Shown here one piece after another: positions 19,168 to 29,125 of a stretch of 64,000 nucleotides of DNA. The stretch covers positions 64,185 through 128,184 of the forward strand of contig CAYYSJ010000004.1 of NCBI GenBank assembly GCA_964474445.1, read 5' to 3'. Position numbers and translations under genes: made by a program. Numbering within the stretch: position 1 is the stretch's first letter; the number at the start of each line of letters is the position of its first letter. The notes below the pieces were generated by a model that was given only the letters and a program-made list of their open reading frames with translations, was not told the DNA's origin and searched no databases. The stretch comes from an uncultured Gammaproteobacteria bacterium. GTDB lineage: Bacteria > Patescibacteriota > Microgenomatia > Levybacterales > UBA12049.

Positions 19168-20049
19168 TTGATAGTTATGGCTGACTTTTCTTTTATTAAA
19201 GATTTTTCTTGGAATAAATGGATTATTTCAGATCCAAAAAGAGCGAAACGTCCAAATCAATCCAAAAAAAATCTTGCATTTTGTCCGTTTTGTATTGGGA
19301 ATGAAGAGAGTGATCCTGAGGTCTATCGTGTGGGAGGCAATCCCAATGACAGCAATTGGGAAATACGGGTTATAAAAAATAAATATCCTTTTGCGCCAAT
19401 TCATGAGATTATTGTTCATTCTCCGAACCACCATAAAAATATTGATGAATTACCCCTCTCCCATGTAGAACTTCTTTTTTCAACATATAAACAACGGATG
19501 TTGACTCATAAAAAAAAAGGACAAGTGTATATATTTCAGAATAAAGGAGAACTTGCTGGAGAAAGTATTCCTCATCCACATTCACAACTTGTTGTTATTC
19601 CTAAAGAAGTAACATTGGACATCCGACCTCTTGTACAACCTGATGGAGATGATATTGAGACAAATTTTTTCAGAATATATTGTCCGACTGTTAGCCAATG
19701 GCCAGATGAGGTATGGATCGCTCCAAAAAAGAAAAAGAGTCCGTTTAGTGATATATTTGAAGAGGAAATTATTGATTTATCTTTTGTCATGCAACGACTT
19801 TTGTATATAATGTCCGTTCGTCATGGGGAAGGATTTCCTTTTAATTATTACATTGCTCCTGGAAAAGATTGGTATATGCGTCTTATTCCGCGCAAAAAAA
19901 TTCTGGGAGGATTTGAAGTTGGGACTGGGGTATGGGTCAATACCCAAGATCCAAAAGAAACTTTTGCATTTTTAAAAGCTCATTTTGAAAGTCCTGATGA
20001 AGATATTATTCGGGCCGAGTATATGGCAGAATATAGAAGGGGAGTCTAA
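19168..20049 (+). CDS. galT: galactose-1-phosphate uridylyltransferase (GalT, HIT-like)
   Basis: Zinc CPFC motif and HPHSQ (HxHxQ) nucleotidyl-transfer active site. Confidence 0.85.
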   Translation: MIVMADFSFIKDFSWNKWIISDPKRAKRPNQSKKNLAFCPFCIGNEESDPEVYRVGGNPNDSNWEIRVIKNKYPFAPIHEIIVHSPNHHKNIDELPLSHVELLFSTYKQRMLTHKKKGQVYIFQNKGELAGESIPHPHSQLVVIPKEVTLDIRPLVQPDGDDIETNFFRIYCPTVSQWPDEVWIAPKKKKSPFSDIFEEEIIDLSFVMQRLLYIMSVRHGEGFPFNYYIAPGKDWYMRLIPRKKILGGFEVGTGVWVNTQDPKETFAFLKAHFESPDEDIIRAEYMAEYRRGV

Positions 20050-20064
20050 AAAGGGCTTTGTCTG

Positions 20065-20466
20065 TTATTCTCGTCTTTCCCCTTTTCTGTTAAAACGTGC
20101 TTTTCTGGGATGTGAAGAATCTGCTGCATTTGTAAGTGTGACATCTATACTACGATTTAGAGGTCCATTATGAATAACAATATTTATACCGTCTCTAGAC
20201 GTCATAGCCTGAGCCGGTCCATGTGCGATAATCGTTTCCGAACCATCAGCCCCCTGTATATAATTTGGGCTTCGTCCATCCCACACTTCATGGGGATCTC
20301 TGGGTTGTCTTCGTAATTCACCTAAATGAAGATCTTGCTCCAGATGATCTAACGAAAAATCTGAACTTCTTTCTCCCACGTTAGGGAATTGTCTACTTGC
20401 AATGCTTTTTACATCGATACGAATTGCCATAGACAGCATTGTATATCTGAGATGATATTCTGTCAA
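20065..20466 (-). CDS. hypothetical small protein (133 aa), co-oriented downstream of an HTH_17 gene
   Basis: ORF. Weak resemblance to the 1316/31011 family. Confidence 0.45.
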   Translation of the reverse strand: MTEYHLRYTMLSMAIRIDVKSIASRQFPNVGERSSDFSLDHLEQDLHLGELRRQPRDPHEVWDGRSPNYIQGADGSETIIAHGPAQAMTSRDGINIVIHNGPLNRSIDVTLTNAADSSHPRKARFNRKGERRE

Positions 20467-20560
20467 GGTAGGCTTAATTGCTCATTATCAAAAAGGGTTT
20501 TGGTAAGTTGCCTCAAATGTGGTACAAGAATATGGATCGGGATAAGAAAGAGAAGAAAAT

Positions 20561-20767
20561 TTATGCAGTTTTTTGCTGCATACCAAGAAGCCAGAGGACT
20601 GCTTCTTTCTTATATCTGCGGTCTCCTCGTGAATTAATGCGGATTGCTGGGAGTTTGCCTCTTTTCCCCCATCTTTTAATAGTAAGGGGAGAGACGCGTA
20701 AAATTTGTGCAACTTCTTTTACTGTTAACAAGTCTGGCAGGGATTGAATTGATAATTGTGTTGTCAT
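20561..20767 (-). CDS. excisionase-family (HTH_17/MerR-like) helix-turn-helix DNA-binding protein
   Basis: LTVKEVAQILRVSPLTIKRWGKRGKLPAIRINSRGDRRY. 68 aa. Confidence 0.7.
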   Translation of the reverse strand: MTTQLSIQSLPDLLTVKEVAQILRVSPLTIKRWGKRGKLPAIRINSRGDRRYKKEAVLWLLGMQQKTA

Positions 20768-21154
20768 ATTTTGTTAGTAAATCAATGTGGTGATTACTGA
20801 TGATTAACTGTACTTAATGTACTAAACTAGAACACTTGTGTCAAGAGGGGAATTCGTATTTTATTTGAAGAATTTAAACCAATAAGGTATTTTTTAATAC
20901 TATCTCTTACTACTTTAGTTCATTGCAACAAAAACTACTAGACTTTTTCTCAATATTAAAAAATACAAATATTTACAAAAAGTATTTTAAAGGTACCTTC
21001 ATTTCACAATTACAAATATGAAAAATGCAATAGTAGAAAAGTACAACAGGTTATGGACTCATATATTCCTTTCTTGAAAGAATCCTGCCTTCCTTCACTA
21101 TAAAGTAGTTTTGTGAGAGATTCATGACAGAAAGTGGACAATAGTTTATAACTC

Positions 21155-21772
21155 TTGCTATTTTTTCTTTGGAAATTAACGATATTGGTATATAGATATA
21201 ATATGTCAGAAGAAGAAATACGAAAAGAAAAGAGATTACAAAAATTGTATGGGCATGAAGTAACGTCTTTTTTCTATACCAACCCATCAACACAGACACC
21301 CGAACAATTTTCGCTCAGAAGAACTATTTTGATACCACCAGTCCCAGTGAAAGATAGAGCGGATATTAATACGGAAGTTGCAGTTCTTTCAACAATTGAT
21401 GGAGAGGGGAATAGAGTGTTCTATAATGAGGGTGCGTGGGTACGAGACAGTACACAACAAGTGATAACTATTTTCTCTCGAGAAAGTTATTCCATGAGAG
21501 ATAAGGTCATGCGAGGTTTTGTTGGAGGTTTTAATGAAGGAGTTCAACCGTATAGACTCGTTCCAGGCATTGGTGCGGCAACAATTGTTACTGCAATGGA
21601 AACATATGATGTCCCTCTATGGTATTCAGGCGGGGCATGGGATATGAGTGACGGACCACATAGTGGGATATCGTTATATACACGTGTTATTCCTACCTAT
21701 TATGGAGATAAAGTCATGCAAGATTTTGACGAGAAAGAAAGGCGATATCGTCTGAGACTACGGAGAGTTTAG
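21155..21772 (+). CDS. hypothetical protein
   Basis: ORF. Likely start at MSEEEIRK (21203). Confidence 0.5.
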   Translation: MLFFLWKLTILVYRYNMSEEEIRKEKRLQKLYGHEVTSFFYTNPSTQTPEQFSLRRTILIPPVPVKDRADINTEVAVLSTIDGEGNRVFYNEGAWVRDSTQQVITIFSRESYSMRDKVMRGFVGGFNEGVQPYRLVPGIGAATIVTAMETYDVPLWYSGGAWDMSDGPHSGISLYTRVIPTYYGDKVMQDFDEKERRYRLRLRRV

Positions 21773-22284
21773 TACCGCCTTCTATATCCACTATAATCTT
21801 CTTTTGCCATGTGTCCCATTTCATTGATAAACTGTCCTGCATGGGGAATGAATCGGAGAGCGCTACGTCTTACAGCTTGTGCTCCTACTCCTGCAAGTGC
21901 TACCTTTCCCGTTATTTCTTGAAAATTAGTAACAAACTCGGAAGATGCTCCATGTTGAGAAAGAATAGTAGTCATATCTATTCCATGCGGAAATATTCCT
22001 ATATGTGCCAGTGTTTCTGTTGCAAGTATTGTTGCTGTAACAGCCAGAGGTGTAGATGCTATATAATCAATAACGTTATATATACCATAGAGTCCTGAGA
22101 ATCCAATGGCAAATGTTTTTTCCAAACCTCTTGTGTCCATCCACATGACTGTACTTGCTCTTGCCCAATTTTTTGTTCTTTCAAATACCATTTGTGAAAG
22201 TATAAAAAGAAAAAATACAGCTATCTTGACATAAAACAACATAGACCAAAACAAAAAAAAGACATTGGCAGAATTGCTCAACAA
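21769..22284 (-). CDS. hypothetical protein with N-terminal hydrophobic segment
   Basis: ORF 12 nt downstream of the HAD phosphatase gene on the same strand. Confidence 0.45.
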   Translation of the reverse strand: MLSNSANVFFLFWSMLFYVKIAVFFLFILSQMVFERTKNWARASTVMWMDTRGLEKTFAIGFSGLYGIYNVIDYIASTPLAVTATILATETLAHIGIFPHGIDMTTILSQHGASSEFVTNFQEITGKVALAGVGAQAVRRSALRFIPHAGQFINEMGHMAKEDYSGYRRRY

Positions 22285-22296
22285 ATTTTTGTCAGG

Positions 22297-23442
22297 TTAG
22301 GCAGCAGGGATGTATGCAGTATCAAACTGGCTATAGTGGTTTCGTCTATTTATTTCCCATGCAAGATCTGCCATCCGCACTGCCCGTGCAACAGATTCGG
22401 AACCACTTCTTCGCGCACTATCATACAGAAAAATTGTTGGGTTCCAATCGTTTGAATTTTTATGTAAATAAATGCGATGAACAGTTGTCCCACTCGGAAT
22501 TGGCTCAACAACCCTCCTGCTGTGGAGCGCCTGCTGCATTTGTGCCTCTGCCATAAGTGTTTTTCCTACTGGTACTCTCCAAGTGTCTGTTCCAATAGAT
22601 GGATCAAATAATGGATCTATATCGCTATCTCCAGCAAGAATAGCACCATTAATACCTAATTTTTTTTGCAAATATATTATTGCCTTTTCTTTGCCCCAGG
22701 GGACTAATAGGACTTTATGATATCCTGATTTCCTGTCTTTATCTGTTTCTTGAAAAATAAGTACTTTTAGGCCTGGAAATTGTTTATCAAAATGTTTTTG
22801 TAATTCTCCCCTGAATCGTTCAATTCTTTTTCGTGGAGTACCAGGAGTAACAGTGAATTCAAGTCGTATCCGAGATATACTTGTGTCTTTTCCAGGCTGT
22901 GTTTTATCGATACCTCTATATCCAAAGTAAAAATCTGCAAAGTCACGATTCATTCTTCCGATCACCGAGTCAACATCACCCATGACTTTTTCTCTAGGGA
23001 ATCGTTTTCGTAGCCTTCTGGAAAAATTTTGATCTTGTATGAAGTCAGTTGAACAAAGTTCTGTTTGAGGCTTGATGGCTGATTGAGGTTTCAGAATATG
23101 AATCGGCCCTGCAAGTTCCGAGACGACAATGTGAGGAACGGGAATCCGTCCATTTTGAACAAGTTTCAAAACTTCTGAAAGATCTCCTCCTGTACTGTAA
23201 ACTGTTAGCCAAGACTTCTCATGAAGACAGGGTGCAAGGGTTTGGTCCGGACGTCGTCTTGGATCATCAACAGTGCCATTCACATCAGAAAAAAGTGCCC
23301 ATCGTCTTCCTCCAAATCTTGCTGCTTGTTGGTGTAATACCTCTTGGGGAAGTTGGTAGATGTCAGGTTTGGGATAGTAAACTTTATCTCTGATAAAACG
23401 GAGTTGCGCTCTGAGTTGGAGGAGTGGATTTTCAAATGACAT
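22297..23442 (-). CDS. HAD-IIB superfamily sugar-phosphate phosphatase-like protein
   Basis: Motif I LFSDVNGTV (DxxGT) and motif IV GDSDID. 381 aa with extra domain. Sits in a sugar-nucleotide neighbourhood. Confidence 0.55.
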   Translation of the reverse strand: MSFENPLLQLRAQLRFIRDKVYYPKPDIYQLPQEVLHQQAARFGGRRWALFSDVNGTVDDPRRRPDQTLAPCLHEKSWLTVYSTGGDLSEVLKLVQNGRIPVPHIVVSELAGPIHILKPQSAIKPQTELCSTDFIQDQNFSRRLRKRFPREKVMGDVDSVIGRMNRDFADFYFGYRGIDKTQPGKDTSISRIRLEFTVTPGTPRKRIERFRGELQKHFDKQFPGLKVLIFQETDKDRKSGYHKVLLVPWGKEKAIIYLQKKLGINGAILAGDSDIDPLFDPSIGTDTWRVPVGKTLMAEAQMQQALHSRRVVEPIPSGTTVHRIYLHKNSNDWNPTIFLYDSARRSGSESVARAVRMADLAWEINRRNHYSQFDTAYIPAA

Positions 23443-23532
23443 AACAGACAGAGAAGCATATTCATGCTAATAACAGGGCGTAAGGGGAAAAGAAAAGGAG
23501 CGTAAGGGAAATGCAAGAGACTACTAGAAATA

Positions 23533-23838
23533 TTACTTGCCAGGTGTTATCTCATTTGGTGTCCAGATATACTCGTGCTTAAATGTTCCCCATACATGAC
23601 CTTTGACACCACCCATCTTATTAATTTCTTCCCCGTGAAGTCGGGCATGTTCGATAGACCGAATGCGAAAGTTCTCTTCTAAACGCACTTCTTGAATTGA
23701 AACAGTATCGTCATCAATAATTTGCATGCGTCTTCTATAACCACTCAAATAAGAGCCCATGGAAATTGTCTCATCAGGCTTTCGTCGCCTTGTCCGGACA
23801 ACCTTTTCATGATTGTATAACAGTTCAAGGATAGCCAT
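23533..23838 (-). CDS. hypothetical protein (101 aa)
   Basis: ORF only. Confidence 0.4.
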   Translation of the reverse strand: MAILELLYNHEKVVRTRRRKPDETISMGSYLSGYRRRMQIIDDDTVSIQEVRLEENFRIRSIEHARLHGEEINKMGGVKGHVWGTFKHEYIWTPNEITPGK

Positions 23839-24036
23839 ACGGAGAAAGAGGAATGTGTAGTCTAAAAACTATGGCTTCCTGTAAGGCTAAAAGAACAGTA
23901 ACAATACGGTAATAAAGATAGATTAGTCTTGTAGTAAGAGTAATCCTCATGTTATCCACAAAAGAGGGGGTCTGAATATGTAGGCTTATAGAAAATGGGA
24001 GGGGAAATAAACTGATGCGATAGTCGACTTTTCCAT

Positions 24037-24074
24037 AAAAAAACCAGGTCTAAAGATACAATCCTTAGACCTGG
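24037..24074 (-). terminator. rho-independent terminator downstream of rplL (also hairpin-competent on + strand)
   Basis: Stem CCAGGTCTAAAG (24044-24055) / CTTAGACCTGG (24064-24074), loop ATACAAT, preceded on + by A7 (24037-24043), which reads as a U-run on the minus strand. Confidence 0.6.
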
Positions 24075-24100
24075 CTCTTGTTTTACAACAAGTTCCAAAC

Positions 24101-24487
24101 TTATTTTAGCTCGACTGTTCCGCCTGCTGTTGTAAGTTTTTCTTTTGCTGCATTTGCTGTTTCTTTATTAACAGCGGTTAAGACTTCCTTTGGAGCTGAG
24201 TCTGCTAAAGCTTTAGCTTCGGTAAGTCCGAGTGTTGGGACTAATTCTCTAATAGCTTTAATGACTGCGATTTTGTTTGCTCCTGCTGCAGTGAGAACAA
24301 CGTTAAATACGGTTTGTTCTTCAGCTGGTGCTGCTGCTTCAGCTCCTGCTGCTGCTGGTGCTGCGACTGCCATAGCTGCTGCACTAACGCCAAACTCTTC
24401 TTCCAAAGCTTTGACTATTTCAGAAAGTTCTAAAACAGACATTTCTTTTACTGCTGCAATTAATTCATCTTTAGTTAATTTTGCCAT
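24101..24487 (-). CDS. rplL: 50S ribosomal protein L7/L12
   Basis: [34 protein letters not shown] ... Ala-rich hinge ... TVELK. Start trimmed to the MAKLTKD Met. Confidence 0.95.
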   Translation of the reverse strand: MAKLTKDELIAAVKEMSVLELSEIVKALEEEFGVSAAAMAVAAPAAAGAEAAAPAEEQTVFNVVLTAAGANKIAVIKAIRELVPTLGLTEAKALADSAPKEVLTAVNKETANAAKEKLTTAGGTVELK

Positions 24488-24506
24488 CTTGTTCTCACCT
24501 CCTTTT

Positions 24507-25043
24507 TTACCCTTGCTTCTGTTTTTCAATAGCTGCAAGTGTCATAACAAACTTTTGTAAATTCCAAGCAAGTGCTCGGTGGAAGCCCTGGATTGGAGCT
24601 TTCATCATACCAAGCATCTGAGCAACCAAAACTTCTCGTGATGGGAGTGTTGCAAGCTTTGCAACATCTTTATCTGATAAGACTTGGCCATCCATCCAAC
24701 CAAATTTAACGGTTGGCTTTTCCACATCTTTCATCATTTTTGCGAGAGCTTTGAGTGGGGCAACAACATCACCATACAAAAACATAGTTCCTGTTGGTTG
24801 AACGAACTTATCTTCTTGTCCTTCTGCTTTATCTCCAAGAGCAATCTTAAGGAGAGTGTTTTTTGCAACAACATATTCAGCTTCTGCTTTTTTGATTTCT
24901 CTCTTGAATTCTTCAAGCTGCTTGTGGGTAAGGCCAGTGTAGTCAGTAAAGACCATTGCCTTTGATTTATTTACTTTTTCAGTAACTTCAGCGACAATGC
25001 CTTCTTTTTTGACTCTATTTTGTGATATTTTTACGTCTGCCAT
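24507..25043 (-). CDS. rplJ: 50S ribosomal protein L10
   Basis: [13 protein letters not shown]... typical L10. The ORF-track extension to 25187 is the untranslated leader. Confidence 0.9.
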   Translation of the reverse strand: MADVKISQNRVKKEGIVAEVTEKVNKSKAMVFTDYTGLTHKQLEEFKREIKKAEAEYVVAKNTLLKIALGDKAEGQEDKFVQPTGTMFLYGDVVAPLKALAKMMKDVEKPTVKFGWMDGQVLSDKDVAKLATLPSREVLVAQMLGMMKAPIQGFHRALAWNLQKFVMTLAAIEKQKQG

Positions 25044-25190
25044 AAAATAAAAAACTCGCCCAAAGCGAGTGAATGTTCTTTCGAACGGTTCTCCTCGGTA
25101 AGACTCACTTTTATGCTTACTGTCTTTAGATATATGTATTATAGCAAAGGGGAGAGGGGAAATGCAAGAAGAAGGAGGTTTAGGCATCTA
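25044..25190 (-). promoter_or_regulatory. rplJ 5' leader (probable L10/L12 autoregulatory leader region)
   Basis: ~147-nt untranslated region upstream of rplJ containing hairpins (e.g. ACTCGCCCAAAGCGAGTGA on +). Assigned by position. Confidence 0.35.
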
Positions 25191-25445
25191 TTAATTTCTT
25201 CCGAGAGTGGCCTCAGTTCTTCGTATTTTCCCTTCAACTCTGCACGCTGCAGCTGCTTTTATTAGTGCAATTTTTTCATTTCCTGGTGTCCATGTTCCAT
25301 TTGGAGTAGAAACAGTTACTTCAAAGTCACGGAATAAAGGACAAGCTTCATTTGAGCATTTCAAGTGACATGTAGTTATATTACCATCTAAGGGTACAGT
25401 TCTGACAATCTCTGGTGTGCACTCGCTCAATTTCATAGAGTTCAT
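25191..25445 (-). CDS. hypothetical small Cys-containing protein (84 aa)
   Basis: ORF between the rplJ leader and the unknown genes. 4 Cys (C..CHLKCSNEAC). Confidence 0.4.
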   Translation of the reverse strand: MNSMKLSECTPEIVRTVPLDGNITTCHLKCSNEACPLFRDFEVTVSTPNGTWTPGNEKIALIKAAAACRVEGKIRRTEATLGRN

Positions 25446-26270
25446 ATTTTATATATGGAAGAGCGGGGAAGTCAACTAAATGAGGAGCAAATAAGTGTAA
25501 TGCTGTTGTAAGCTATAAGCCAGGTCTTGCTATTCGGGAATTAATAACTTTAGGTCTAATATGGAGAGTAAAAAAATGTCTTTTTGATTCTTTGCTTGTC
25601 TTTTTGGTAAACTACACACGTATTATGGGAAAAAGAGAAGAAGATAATCCTCCTGCAAGCATAGTTGAGGGCATGCAAAGAAACACAAAGGGCAATTGCC
25701 TCCAGGTTTGAAAAAAGAGTTAGAAGTATTAGAAGCTGAAGCTAGAGCTAGTAAAGACACTGCATGGTTGGGTCGTCTTGCAAACGCCGTAAGAAGAAAT
25801 CCTCTAGCTCCCCCTCACAACTAATTTCATACCCATTTCACTTATCTTTTTACTTATTTCCCGTACTTCTTGTGCTTTCTTTACGTACAAAACAATGACT
25901 CTCTGAGATAATTTATGATCGAGTCCGGGATAGATTTTCAAAAAAAAGGTGTTTAAAGGGCAAATAAAGGCTATTCTTACAAAAGCCTTACTGTTCTCAG
26001 TTTATTCTCAATTGTATATAGTATTTAATATAGTGTATATGAGGCAGGCATATATACCATTACAAGAAGATTATGAAGAATCTTCTAAGAGGAAGAACTC
26101 TGATTTAAGCGGAGTCGAGGATGCAGATGACATGCCAGTAGTTGGGAAAAAGTCATGCATGGCGGAAGCATATAATGAAGAGATAAACTCACGAGCAAAC
26201 GATTCTTCTATTGTAAATTTACTAAAACTCCTTAACTAAGGATGCTATATGTTATGAACTCTACGCTTTG

Positions 26271-26900
26271 CTATCCATGCACTTGATAATAGAGCTGTCC
26301 ATAAGTAGGGAGAGGGATCGTGTAATCTTCTGGTTCTACCCGTGATGGGAAATTAAACCTAATAAATCGCCTTGTTGCCTCCCACGGAACTCTATCCAAT
26401 GCTTTAAAGACCATACTCGCATGTGATATGGCTTGTATTTTTCCTAACCACTGTGAGTAGATTCCCATTTCGTAGTTAAGCCGCCGAGCTCTCTCTAATG
26501 CAAAACTGGCTAAGTCGTCATGATAAAGCGCAGTATAATAACTCGCTCTATCATGGGCTCTTCTGGCTTCATACTGATGGGACATGAGTGTAGATTGGAG
26601 AGAGGCTTCTACAGCTTTTCGTTGTGTAGCACCATCATAACCACCTTCTCTTACTCTGAGAGCAACCTCTTCGGGGCGTAATGCACGTAAACCAATTGAA
26701 ATAAGCATATCTTGTTGGTTAGATGATTTGGTTCGAAGGTGGAAAGGGTCACTTCCTGGTCGTCGTGATGTATATTCAAATCTATTTTTTTGTCCCACTT
26801 CTGTGGTGAAAGGAGAGTATTTATCAGTCATTTCTTGAATCACCCCAGGTGCAAAGCGAGCTGACATATTTGCCCCTATTTCAGAAAAAAAACGTTTCAT
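26271..26900 (-). CDS. hypothetical protein (209 aa), inserted within the rplKA-rplJL region
   Basis: Clean ORF, Arg-rich, no motif recognised. Confidence 0.55.
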   Translation of the reverse strand: MKRFFSEIGANMSARFAPGVIQEMTDKYSPFTTEVGQKNRFEYTSRRPGSDPFHLRTKSSNQQDMLISIGLRALRPEEVALRVREGGYDGATQRKAVEASLQSTLMSHQYEARRAHDRASYYTALYHDDLASFALERARRLNYEMGIYSQWLGKIQAISHASMVFKALDRVPWEATRRFIRFNFPSRVEPEDYTIPLPTYGQLYYQVHG

Positions 26901-27064
26901 AGGTATATCTTATATATGTTTATTGTAGCGATCTTAAAGAAAGCAGATAAGCAGGGAATAAAAAGGTAGTAAGAAAAGGGTAAAAGACTAGTTGTGTTGC
27001 ATAGTTCTTCTGAAGCGAACAGCCACAAAGGGGGAAAATTGTGTATTATTTGTGTTTCCTGCTT

Positions 27065-27691
27065 TTAATCTGGATTTTCTCTATTCCTAGTTGTTAGGGT
27101 ATGAAGGGTAGAATGCTTTTCGTGAGCTGGATATAAAGGAGAAAGGGTAAGAGATCGAATGCCTCGTATCATAGGGTCCTGTGTTCGACGCGTTGGTCTT
27201 CGAAATGTTACTTGTACATTGTGTTCGCTCATGCCCGAAGCATCACTGATAAGTAATTTAGTTTGGGGTTCTTTTAATTGTCTTTTATATTGATTGTGAA
27301 TGCTGTAGTGCTCAAAAAAAAGAGAAGGACTCTCTGTTTTTTGACTGTTTTGTGCTTGAAGAATTGTAATAACTGTTTGGACATCCGCTTCTGCTGTGGG
27401 ATGAATAGGTACCAGACGTATATCTAGTGATCCACGCGCTGTGACCCTTTTCAATCCTAAAAGTGTTTCCAGTTCTGGGTGCAAAAATAGTCCGGGACTT
27501 GAGCCTACACCTTGTGTCACATAGTGCTCGAGAGCAACTCGAAGTAGATGTCGTCTCATTGATCTCGTATTTCTTTCTGAGTCAACCCAAAATTCTGTGA
27601 GAAATTGAAGAAATGGATTTATCATGGCTTTCCGTGCGTATATATACTCCATGTCCCCAAGAAATTTAGAAAAATCATTGTGTTCTGCCAT
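27065..27691 (-). CDS. hypothetical protein (208 aa), directly downstream of rplA
   Basis: Clean ORF, no motif recognised. Confidence 0.55.
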   Translation of the reverse strand: MAEHNDFSKFLGDMEYIYARKAMINPFLQFLTEFWVDSERNTRSMRRHLLRVALEHYVTQGVGSSPGLFLHPELETLLGLKRVTARGSLDIRLVPIHPTAEADVQTVITILQAQNSQKTESPSLFFEHYSIHNQYKRQLKEPQTKLLISDASGMSEHNVQVTFRRPTRRTQDPMIRGIRSLTLSPLYPAHEKHSTLHTLTTRNRENPD

Positions 27692-27785
27692 AGAAGGGCA
27701 GTCTAGAAATCTGGTGTAAGAAGGGCATGAAAAGATCGAAACAACTTTTTGAGATATTACCTAGATGAGGAGGAAGAGAAGAGAG

Positions 27786-28619
27786 TTATTTCCCGAGTTG
27801 AAGTTTGACAGCAGGGGACATGGTTGATTTAACAACCACCGATTTCATATTGGATGTTTTAACAGCAGCAAGTGCTGCTTGAATATTTTCTACAAGCTTT
27901 TCTGTCCCAAAAGAAAGCTTCCCAACACTTAAATGAATAATTGGAGTCTTAGCTTCTGTTTTAAAGTTCATTTGACCGCCTGCGTATTGTTTTGCAACTG
28001 CTTCTGGATTAGGAGTAATCGTTCCATTTTTTGGATTTGGCATAAGGCCTTTTGGTCCCAAAACACGTGCAACTTTTGCAAGCTTAGGCATTGCATCTGG
28101 AGTTGCAATAAGAATGTCAAAATTCAATTTTCCTGATTCAATTTCTTTGAGTAATTCTTCTGCGGCTTTTGCATCCTTATTTGGAGCAAGAATTGCGACT
28201 CGTGTTTGTTTGCCAGTTCCGTAAGGGAGAGTAACGTGGCCAGAAACACCAGAGCTGATTGTATTGATATGCAGCTCAACGGTCTCATCAAACTTTGTCA
28301 TATGAGCTTTTTCAACGAGCTCTAAAGCTTCTTTAAGACTGTATTGCTTACCTTTTTCAATGAGTTTTGCTTTTGAGAGATAATTGGCAGATCGTGCAGC
28401 TTTCTTTTTATCTTGAGTTTGTCGAAGGACTACTTTTTCTGCATATTTCGACTTTTTTGGTTCTTCTGTCTCTTCCATAACAGGTTCAGAAGCCTCCTTT
28501 TTAGCTTGACCTTCAGCTTTTGCAGCTTCAATTTTTGCAAGCCTTTCTTTTTCTTTTGCTTCTTGTTCTAATTTTTTTGCTTCTTCTTGTGCTGGATCAA
28601 CAGCTCGTACTTTTCCCAT
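27786..28619 (-). CDS. rplA: 50S ribosomal protein L1 with ~55-aa K/E/A-rich N-terminal extension
   Basis: Core L1 sequence from SKYAEKVV...FDETVEL... onward, preceded by a charged low-complexity extension. Confidence 0.95.
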   Translation of the reverse strand: MGKVRAVDPAQEEAKKLEQEAKEKERLAKIEAAKAEGQAKKEASEPVMEETEEPKKSKYAEKVVLRQTQDKKKAARSANYLSKAKLIEKGKQYSLKEALELVEKAHMTKFDETVELHINTISSGVSGHVTLPYGTGKQTRVAILAPNKDAKAAEELLKEIESGKLNFDILIATPDAMPKLAKVARVLGPKGLMPNPKNGTITPNPEAVAKQYAGGQMNFKTEAKTPIIHLSVGKLSFGTEKLVENIQAALAAVKTSNMKSVVVKSTMSPAVKLQLGK

Positions 28620-28632
28620 ATATTACTCCTTT

Positions 28633-29052
28633 TTACTTAACTTCTACACCCATAGAGCGGGCGACACCCTGAACAATTTTGACTGCTTGGTCAACGTTGT
28701 CAGTATTCAAATCTTCTAATTTATCTGATGCAATTTTCTTTGCCTGATCTAACGTAATAGATCCTCCTGATTCTTTTCCTGGTTTGCCAGATCCACCATG
28801 TCCGAGTACTTTCTTAATCATTTCAGAAATAGGTGGTTGCTTCGTGATAAAAGAAAAAGTGCGGTCTTCATAGACAGTAATTACTGTTGGTAGTATGTTA
28901 CCTTTCTTATCAGCTGTCTTATCATTAAAAGACTTCACGAATTCCATAATAGGAAGTCCATGTTGACCAAGTGCTGGACCAACAGGTGGCGCTGGAGTAG
29001 CAGTTCCTGCTGGAATATTTAATTTAATTAATGTTTTAATTTTCTTTGCCAT
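28633..29052 (-). CDS. rplK: 50S ribosomal protein L11
   Basis: MAKKIKTLIKLNIPAGTATPAPPVGPALGQHG... classic L11. Confidence 0.95.
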   Translation of the reverse strand: MAKKIKTLIKLNIPAGTATPAPPVGPALGQHGLPIMEFVKSFNDKTADKKGNILPTVITVYEDRTFSFITKQPPISEMIKKVLGHGGSGKPGKESGGSITLDQAKKIASDKLEDLNTDNVDQAVKIVQGVARSMGVEVK

Positions 29053-29125
29053 TTTTGAAGGGGGAGCGTTAAGGGGTAAGGGGAAAAAACTTTCTTCACC
29101 CTTTACGCTTTATCCTTTACCCTTT

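Noticed and set aside
24078-24560. 160-aa Ala-rich plus-strand ORF
   Set aside because: It is antisense to rplL. Its Ala richness mirrors the L7/L12 hinge codons.
25949-26239. 96-aa GTG-start plus-strand ORF antisense to the inserted r-protein-cluster genes
   Set aside because: Non-ATG start, no SD, and no motif. Cannot be distinguished from a chance ORF, so it is mentioned only under the rplA/rplJ insertion finding.
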